Of a DNA stretch of 7,424 nucleotides, positions 1 through 7,265 are shown in pieces. The position numbers and the translations under genes were made by a program. How positions within the stretch are numbered: position 1 is the first letter of the stretch; each line of letters opens with the position of its first letter. The notes beneath the pieces are model-generated. The model ran no database searches. It was given only the letters and a program-made list of their open reading frames with translations, and was not told where the DNA came from. Origin of the DNA: Vitrella brassicaformis CCMP3155 (taxonomy: Eukaryota; Protista; Chromerida); the NCBI GenBank assembly GCA_001179505.1, contig CDMY01000980.1:1-7424 (forward strand), read 5' to 3'.

Positions 1-23
1 GGGGGGGGGGGGGGGGGGGGGGG
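1..23. repeat. Poly-G homopolymer (23 G, may extend beyond the window edge)
   Basis: Read directly from the sequence. Confidence 0.95.
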
Positions 24-125
24 CCACTGATTCTCTTAATGAATGGTTCTTCTCTCTCTCTTCGGCTGAGCTCTCTCTCCTCTGTCCTCTCTCTCCGTTT
101 CTCCATTTCTCCTTTGCACTCACCA

Positions 126-166
126 ACACACACACACATAACACGCACACACACACACACACACAG
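126..166. repeat. Interrupted (CA)n microsatellite preceded by a CT-rich tract
   Basis: acacacacacacataacacgcacacacacacacacacacag. Confidence 0.9.
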
Positions 167-271
167 AGGCTGGCCGTGAATACTGACTGTGTAAGCTGCC
201 CACCTGGCTGGCCTCCTTGCTGTCTGCCTTCGTGCCTCGTTTTTCCGCTGTGTGGCGTGGCCTCCCCCCTC

Positions 272-310
272 CACACACAGCACACACAGCACACACACAC
301 ACACACACAC
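272..310. repeat. Interrupted (CA)n microsatellite
   Basis: cacacacagcacacacagcacacacacac... Confidence 0.9.
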
Positions 311-544
311 GCGTCATGACATCACACACCCGCCACGAGAGAGAAAGGGTGTTTGGTTCGTTGACCGGTCCTCCTCCATTATCATCCCAGGTTCCTTGTT
401 CGTTCGTACTCGTTCGTTCGTTCCTTTGCTATTTTTCTCCCCCTCTCTCTCTCCTCGATGATCAGTGTGTCGACCTACCGATGATGAAGAGCGTGTGTCT
501 GGTGTGGGTGTGGGGTGCCGGCGGATGGGAGATGTAGATTAGCT

Positions 545-567
545 CTGCTGCTGCTGCTGCTGCTGCT
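545..567. repeat. (CTG)7 trinucleotide repeat downstream of the ABCG stop
   Basis: ctg x7 at 545-565 plus ct. Confidence 0.9.
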
Positions 568-868
568 CCTGGCAGGCGGGCTGGCAGGCGGTGAGACTAG
601 AAGACTAACTGGCGCTGTGTGTGTGCCTGTGCGACGGACAGACGAAGGAACAGACTGAGAGAAGAGAGCGAGAGAGAGGTTTAGCCTGGCTGACCTGCCT
701 ATGTGCGGTCGGTCCATATATATAGGTCTATCTATGCGGGTGCGCGGTGCGTACGGTCTCTCAATCCATTTCACACCACCACCACTGCTGTACAAGAGTC
801 AGTCGCGTCGCCTCAACCAACCAGATCATCCATAGAATCGCATCAGTCAGTCCACCTAATCTATCTAG

Positions 869-3800
869 TCACTCTATGCCGGCCGGCACGGGCACGTCGG
901 TGCCTCTGTCTTGCTGCTCGTCACCTGCGCCACCACCACCACCGCCACTGATCACATCAACCGTCACCTCCTCTAATGGACTCTTCACCGCCTGTCAACA
1001 CACACACACACACACACGAGAGAGAGAGAGTGTGCAAACACGCGCACACAGTTACCTGAGGTGGTTCGGTAGACGGCGAGCGTATCCGTTGGAATGAGGG
1101 GTTCTGCAGCGCCAGGCTCAGGTAGGTCAGCCCGTACAAGACACACAAGATCATCGCCTGTACACCACCCTCACACCCACACAGACGGTGTGCCTTTCTC
1201 TCTCTGTCTCTCTCTCCCTGTTTGTGTGTGTGTGTGTACCTGTGAGGTCAGTGCTTTGCTTATCTTGCTCTTGCCAAACCCCAATCGGTCCAGCTGCTCT
1301 TCGCCTGTCAGCACCGAACCCTACACCACACAAGACCACAAACACAGCACACCGGGGCTCGGTGTGTGTCTGTCGTGGTGTCGGGGGCAGTGCAGTGCAG
1401 TGGAGGGGCAAAGTCACTCCTCACTCTGACAGATCTGCCGGGGAGGAAGGAGAGCCCCGTGAACTCGTTGACACACAGACCTTCGAAGGTTATCTGTCGC
1501 ATGACAAACAGAGACCGACCGACGTGGCTGTGTGATGTGGTGTGTCATGGGGCGTGTCAGTCATGCTTGTATGCCTGCCTTGATGAGCGAAGCGTGGTCG
1601 AGCCACCGGAGGAAGAAGGGCACCGAGTCCACGTTGATGAACAGACCTGCATGTGACCGACCGACATGGGTGACACATATGTGTGTGTGTGCGGCCACAC
1701 GTGACCCACCTCCCAGCACAATGAAGATCAGCATGACGGCCGGCGCCAGAGCCAACGCAAACTCAACCTAAACCCCCCCGTCCCCCCCAACACAACACAA
1801 CACATACACACACATCCTCACTCACGCACAGCCGGCGTAACAAGACAAGCGCACCGACCGATGGCGAGAAGGATCCCAGGAAGAGCCCCAGCGCTGAGCT
1901 CGCCAGGCCCTCGAGCGTCAGCAGGCTCAGGAACGTCAGCACACGGCCTTCACTCATCATCCACACACAGCCGTCCCCGCCCGTGGTGCGACAGACATCC
2001 CTCTCTCCCCCTCCCTCCCTCCCTCCCTCCCTCGCCCGCACCGATTTTGGGATTGAGCCCTGTGAGGGGGTAGAGAATGGCGCCAAAGATGATGGGAAAG
2101 ATCGCACCTTAACATGGTGTGGCACACACACGAGGGATTGGGTGGGGTGGGTGGCGGAATGGAATATGTGTTGTGTGTGTGTGGGTACTGCCGGGTATCT
2201 CTGCGACGAGTTTGCTGAGGAAGTAGGGACCCACCGAATACGACTTGGCAACCTTCTCTCGCAGCACTATCAGACGCTCCTGCACACACACACACACACA
2301 CAGACAGACAGAGAGAGAGAGAGAGAGAGGGGGAGAGAGACGGTGTGGATCTTCATCCAGGTGTCTACCTTTGCGAAGGCGGCGACAGTCTTGACGATTG
2401 AGGTCATGGCGATGCTCACGGAGGCGACCTGCAGAAGGCCCAATCGGTCCTGATTGTTGTGGCAACACAGACAGACAGACACACACAGAGAGAGAGAGAG
2501 AGATGGAGATGGACCAAGGTGTGTCTGTGCTATTATGTGTGCCTGTATGTTCTGCTGTGAGACGCCCAGCCGATAGAAGAGCATTCCTTCCACCAAAGCA
2601 CTGCTGATGGTCGACGATAGCCTATCAGTTTCACACACACACACATGATGATGATGATGATACCACCGATCTCTATAGTTAGATGGATGGATGGATCTAC
2701 CGTGCTATGAGCGTCGCCTTATCCCGCACAACGCTCCGCCACGCACGCCGGAACAGCAGCCTGCACGCGCACACACACAGCCACCCATACAGACGTGCTG
2801 GCATTCACACACCCACCCACCAAGGCGGCCTTACGCAAACTGATCCATCCACTTGCGCATCAGCAGCCGAATGCGCAGCCCGTCGGCCAATGCGGGCGGC
2901 ATCGCTGTCCCCACTGCCCCCGCACGAGGGACCCTTCGCGCGTGTGTGCGTGGACGGCGGTCCTGTGGACACAAAGGCACACACACACACGGATTTTCAG
3001 ATGTCCAGATGTGTGCTGTGATGTGTTTCCGTTGCGTTGACGTACCTGCCAAGCTCTGACGAGCTGCTGCACCCTCTCGGTGCTCTCGCGCTGCGCCGCT
3101 TCGGAGGAGTAGTCGACGCTGGCCAGGTCGATCACCCACTCCGCCACGTTGAAGTTGGCCGGCAGCTTGAGACCCATACCCAGACTCTCGAAATACCTGT
3201 GTGTGTGGGTCGTGTGCCCGCAGACAGAGCGAGGGAGATGGTGCGAGGGTGCGGTGTGTGTGTGTGTGTGTACCTAACGATGTCCTTGGCGGGCCCTCTG
3301 TAGATCTCATGGCCATCGCACAGCAGCAGAACGTCATCGAACTTGTTGAAGGTGCTGCTCCGCGGCTGAATGCATCCAGCCATCCAGCCATCCACACACA
3401 CACGTGTCAAACCTTTGTATGTGCCGTGATACGATACCTGGTGGATGGAGCACACGACGGTGTGTCCCTCCCTGGCGAGCCGCTTGAGCGTGTCAAACAC
3501 CTGCTCAGCTTGAAACGAGTCGAGGCCAGACCTGTTGGTTGGTTGGTTGGTTGGCACACACCACACCAACGCAGCCACACATGTGCACCTCTCTCTCTCT
3601 GTGTGTGGGGGTGCGTGTGTCGTGCGCTTTCACGTTGGTTCGTCTGCGAATATGACAGACGGCTTTGAGACGAGCTCCACACCCAGGTTGAGCCGCTTCT
3701 TCTCGCCACCAGAGAGGCCCCGCTGCTTCTCGTCGCCCACCAACACATCACCTGCACACAGCCACAGCGTCACCCACACACGCAGAGTATCACGCACATG

Positions 3801-4655
3801 CGCCCGCAGACATACCAGATTTGAAGAGCCCCAGCTTCCTGAGGATGTTCTCCGCCACGCCCATCTTGACCCGCTTCGGCACCGTCTGGTTCAGCCGCAA
3901 GCACGCCGCCGTACCCAACGTCTCACGAGCCGTCAGCTGTGGAGAAACACACACACACACACACGAATGCACACGACGCACACGAGCAGTCGCGTGACAT
4001 ACCTGAGGAAAGAGGAGGTCACTTTGGCGCACGTATGCGAGTGGCGGTGGGGGCGAGTTGGGCTTTCTGTATCGGCTGGCGAGGTCGTTGACCGACTCGC
4101 TGTTGTACGTCACGCTTCCTGCACACACCCACACCCACACACAGACGGAGTGCTGCCCATGCTGCTTGGGTGCAGGGTGTGCATTCTCTCTCTTTGATTG
4201 ATTGCCTGTGAGTGAGGCGCCATCGGTCTTGGGCAGCTGACCGGCAAGGATGTCGAGCAGCGTGCTCTTGCCTGCAGACAACAACCACACACCACACACC
4301 ACAAACAAAGGGAGAGGGATGAGTGCACTCGCACGCGAAGGCGCAGGCGCATACATACCCGAGCCGCTCGGTCCCATGATGGCCAGCACGCTGCCCGGTG
4401 AGGCCTGGCCTGAGAGATCTGTCAGAATGGTCCTGAAACACACGCGGGGTATCCATCCGTGTGCCGATCTCCATCCATCCATGCATACCTGTTGCTCTCT
4501 CTGCTGTGGGACGCCGGCACGCTGTACTGCACCTTCTGCCAATCGAGGTGCACACTCCGGACAGCAGGCGGACGGGCGGTGCCGCACACAGCAGCATGAG
4601 GCAGCAGCGCCAGAATGATGCATGCCAGATTCATCAGATCGGTGCTGATCTCCAT
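869..4655 (-). CDS. ABCG: ABC transporter G-family half transporter (NBD-TMD), plant ABCG7/WBC7-like; 22 exons, ~697 aa (690 aa if ATG 4634 is used)
   Basis: Hand-spliced exons (- strand, 5'->3'): 4655-4489, 4432-4359, 4271-4206, 4118-4003, 3936-3816, 3751-3634, 3531-3438, 3365-3274, 3196-3046, 2962-2835, 2760-2701, 2621-2543, 2449-2369, 2279-2189, 2107-2042, 1947-1859, 1767-1710, 1646-1579, 1493-1425 (alternative in-frame donor ending at 1431), 1320-1240, 1157-1056, 991-869. Total 2094 nt, one open frame ending in TGA 871-869; all introns GT-AG or GC-AG. Motifs: Walker A GPSGSGKST, Q-loop YVRQSD, signature LSGGEKKR, Walker B/D-loop [13 protein letters not shown]-loop SIHQP, followed by an ABC2-type membrane domain ([16 protein letters not shown]; [16 protein letters not shown]; FEGLCVNEF). 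Family is certain; the ABCG7 subfamily call is from my recollection of the Arabidopsis protein, not a search. Confidence 0.95.
1056..2847 (-). other. ABC2-type transmembrane domain of the ABCG gene (end of exon 10 to exon 21)
   Basis: Hydrophobic segments [86 protein letters not shown] and [15 protein letters not shown], plus the ABCG loop motif FEGLCVNEF. Confidence 0.9.
2282..2340. repeat. Compound (CA)n-(CAGA)n-(GA)n microsatellite in ABCG intron 13
   Basis: Read directly; in the sense direction it reads (CT)n then (TG)n directly before the CAG acceptor. Confidence 0.9.
3274..4432 (-). other. Nucleotide-binding domain of the ABCG gene (exons 2-8)
   Basis: [51 protein letters not shown] and SIHQPRS appear in canonical order; Walker A is split by intron 4358-4272. 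Confidence 0.95.
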
Positions 4656-4973
4656 CTGGCTAATGCTGGTGGAGGTCTGGTGGGAGGTTTGGTGGATGAG
4701 TGCTTCATTTCTAAGCTCGCAATCCTCCTCCAGCTTCTGAAAGGGGTTTGTCGGTTCCCGCTCTCCTCTTCAGTGCAAAAGCTGTTCAAACGAAGGCTCC
4801 TCTCTCCCTCTTCAGTTTTCAGTTCTGCTGAAGCCTCGTCCGCAGCCGCGTGCTCTCTTCCCTCACCACGTCTTCACTCACTCCCCTGCACGTACAGTAG
4901 CCCGCTAAGCCTTTCATTCCTCGAGCTCTTCTGCACTGACAGCAGTGTTGTTCCATCCGGTGATTGATTGGTG
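4656..4973. promoter_or_regulatory. Putative bidirectional promoter and 5' UTRs shared by ABCG (-) and STIMATE (+)
   Basis: 318 bp between divergent start codons. It lacks the long dinucleotide arrays found in nearly every intron and has CT-rich patches on +. No specific core motif identified. Confidence 0.6.
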
Positions 4974-5237
4974 ATGCCGACGGCCCCCATGGTGTTGCAG
5001 CAGCTGCGTCACGGGAACGGTCTCAGTCTTGCACTCAGCTTGCGGCTGCACGAGTGCCAGTCGGATAAGCACACGCCGACGCCGCATGAGTTCAACTGCC
5101 GGCTCATGCCTGGGTTCTTCGGGCTCTTCACGCAGGCCCTGCTGGGGGTGCTGTCCTTCAGCACCCTCATCTTGAAGTGGTACTATGAAGAACCAAGGAG
5201 GAAGTAAGCCAGCCGCTGATATAAATGAGGCGGGACA

Positions 5238-5281
<44 letters not shown>

Positions 5282-6380
5282 CGGATGGTGTCGGTATGTC
5301 TGTGTGGATGTCAGGTTGGCTGTGTTTGGGTTCGACTCGTCGAAGCAGCTGATAGGGGCGATATTTATGCACGTGCTCAACATTATCGTGGCGTCCATTA
5401 TCAGCGGCTTCAAGACACGAGGGGACCCTTGCGAATGGTAAGGGCAGACAGACCAGATGGTGTCCGCTGCTGGATGAATGGATGAGTGGATGAGTGGATG
5501 GATGGATGTGTGTGTGTGGTACGGCCATGGGGGATAGGTATGCGGTCAACGTCCTGGTGGATTGCACACTTGGGGTGCTCGTCTCCTATTACCTGCTGCT
5601 GCTGTCACAACAGGCACGCACCCACCCATACACACATAGACGCGAACACAGAGAGACGCAGAGACGTATACATCTCTCTCTCTCTGTCTTTCCCTGGTCT
5701 GGCCAGGTCTTCCGCTACCAGTCAGGCAACTATACAGGCGGCGAGCATCAGGACGACACCGATTTCTGCTTCAAAGAGGTCAACTGGCGCGCTTACTGGG
5801 AGCAGGTAACTTATAGAGAGAGACACGCACCTGTGCAGCATCCGCCTGGGTCTGCGTTGCCTGCAGGTGGGGATCTGGCTGCTGATCCAGTGCGGGATGA
5901 AGGTCATCACCATGATCTTCTTGCTCATATTCGCCCGCCCTCTCATATGGATTGCTGGCACTCTGCTGTGGCCCTTCTCATCTTTCCCAAAAACAACAGT
6001 GCGCCAGCTTCCATGTGTGTATCCATCGGCGTGAATGTGTGTGTGTGTGTGTGTGTGTGTGTATTGGTGAGCTGTGCAGCTGATGGTTGTGATGGTGATT
6101 CTGCCGCTGGTCACCAACTCTTTCCAATTTTGGATGACTGACGCCTTCCTGATGGTACGTCCGTCAGCCGCCCAGCCGACCGCACAGCAACCATATCCCC
6201 ATGTCTCTCTCTCTTCCCCCCCTCTGTCTATGTGTGTGTGTGTGTGTAAAGTTCCACGAGCGGATTAAGACACCTTTGCTGAGCAAGCACACATCGCGGC
6301 AAGACGCCGCACGAGCACAACGAAGACAACAAGAGCAGAGAGAGGGGAGGGAGGGGCGGGACTGCGGCAGGGTCTGCTAG
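4974..6380 (+). CDS. STIMATE: STIMATE/TMEM110-family multi-pass membrane protein (former DUF3661, yeast YPL162C-like); 7 exons, ~287 aa
   Basis: Exons 4974-5203, 5315-5437, 5538-5613, 5707-5805, 5867-5998, 6080-6154, 6252-6380 (864 nt, stop TAG 6378-6380). The spliced protein contains family hallmarks: CRLMPGFFGLFTQALLG, KWYYEEPRRKLAVFGFDSSKQLIG, HVLNI, DPCEWYAVNVLVDCTLGV, SGNY, WRAYWEQ, VMVILPLVTNSFQFWMTDAFL. The start (ATG 4974 vs 4989) and last exon (AAG acceptor) are less certain. The ORF track's 4968 start is a TTG. Confidence 0.88.
5235..5280. repeat. Compound (AC)10(AG)13 microsatellite in STIMATE intron 1
   Basis: Read directly from the sequence. Confidence 0.95.
6036..6061. repeat. 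(TG)13 microsatellite in STIMATE intron 5
   Basis: Read directly; ends about 16 nt before the acceptor AG at 6078-6079. Confidence 0.95.
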
Positions 6381-6395
6381 TTGTGAGCAGACCCT
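6369..6395. other. Perfect 10-bp inverted repeat with 7-nt loop overlapping the predicted STIMATE stop codon
   Basis: AGGGTCTGCT (6369-6378) / AGCAGACCCT (6386-6395). Confidence 0.8.
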
Positions 6396-6401
6396 TCTGT
6401 T

Positions 6402-6460
6402 GTGGTGTTGTGTGTTGTGTGTGTCGATCTGTGTTGTGTGTCGATGTGTGTTGTGTGTAT
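6402..6460. repeat. Degenerate TG-rich tandem repeat (unit ~GTGTTGTGTG(TG)TCGAT) in the STIMATE 3' region
   Basis: gtgttgtgtgtgtcgatct / gtgttgtgtgtcgatgt / gtgttgtgtgtat. Confidence 0.7.
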
Positions 6461-6571
6461 TCTGGATGCGATTCGTCTCTTCGATGACAGCAGGACAGGC
6501 AGAGAGAGAGACGGACAGACACTCGGGTGGTCAGTCACTTTCTGAGCTTCATAGACCCGTCAGTTGTCCCT

Positions 6572-7265
6572 TCATGATTGCACGTGATTCTCTCTCCCTC
6601 CCCTGTCCCCCTTTCTCATCCCCCAAGACATCTGTTGAGCGGCCCTCGGGTATCCTGGCAAGTGAGACCCATACCGCACGGCATCGAGGGGGGGTCGCTG
6701 CATTGATTTCACACATGCATTGTGCCCATCCATGCATGGCTTGGTGGCCCACCATTGGTCCTTGAGGATGCCCGCCGTCTGCATACAGACAGTACACACA
6801 TACACAAAATCGATGCGTTTCAACACGCAGCTAGTCATGCATGTCTCACCCACTCACCCGGCAGACGCCGTCCCCGCTGCCGAACAGGAGCTGTCCGTCG
6901 TCCCCCACAAGCCTGTAGCACCGCTCCCCAACGGCACCCCTGCACTCGTCGGACGTCTTGCAAAACGCTGCACGAATGAATGAATGAGTGAATGGATATA
7001 CGACGTCCACCCTGTTGGCATGTGTCACCTACTGGCCAACAGAGCGCCTTTCGTATCGGCCCCTGCGAAACAACAGGCATGTGCCAATCTCTCCCATGCG
7101 TCAGATTCTCTCAATGCCCACCCACCATTTGCAATGCAAAGTTGGCCCGAAAGGACAGCCATGGCCAAATGGATGGGAACAGGCGAGTTAAAATACCTCA
7201 TCGAGGAACGAAGGCGACAAATGTTTCACGCAAAACCCTACGCCACAGACAAGCTTGCAGATCAT
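6572..7265 (-). CDS. Hypothetical small cysteine-rich protein, probably 4 exons (~139 aa)
   Basis: Best-supported exon 6967-6858 (FCKTSDECRGAVGERCYRLVGDDGQLLFGSGDGVCR) lies between a CATT-repeat/GTGCAG acceptor and a CGG|GTGAGT donor. An 79-nt TG-rich intron (6857-6779) leads in frame to 6778-6572 (TAGILKDQWWATKPCMDGHNAC...). Upstream exons 7062-7029 and 7265-7197 join in frame with GT-AG ends but are tentative, and the last exon may contain another intron (GTATGG at 6674). No family recognised. Confidence 0.5.

Noticed and set aside
1-23. Poly-G as a functional G-quadruplex or telomere
   Set aside because: A homopolymer at the window edge with no telomeric unit; it may be an assembly or two-colour sequencing artefact.
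330-868. A further gene between the CA arrays and the ABCG stop (ORFs 217-537, 475-795)
   Set aside because: Low-complexity sequence ((GTTC)n, (CTG)7, (GA)n) with no consistent exon chain or recognisable motif; most simply 3' UTR or intergenic DNA.
921-946. (CCA)n repeat as a separate element
   Set aside because: It encodes the GGGGGG run in the low-complexity C-terminal tail of the ABCG protein.
2189-2192. GC donor at 2191 for ABCG intron 14
   Set aside because: The GT donor at 2188 keeps the same phase and gives EIPGSAIFP, matching the expected spacing, so it was not counted among the GC introns.
4461-4967. 168-aa + strand ORF spanning the promoter
   Set aside because: Antisense to ABCG exon 1, Ser/Leu-rich with no motif; open frames of this length are expected at this GC content.
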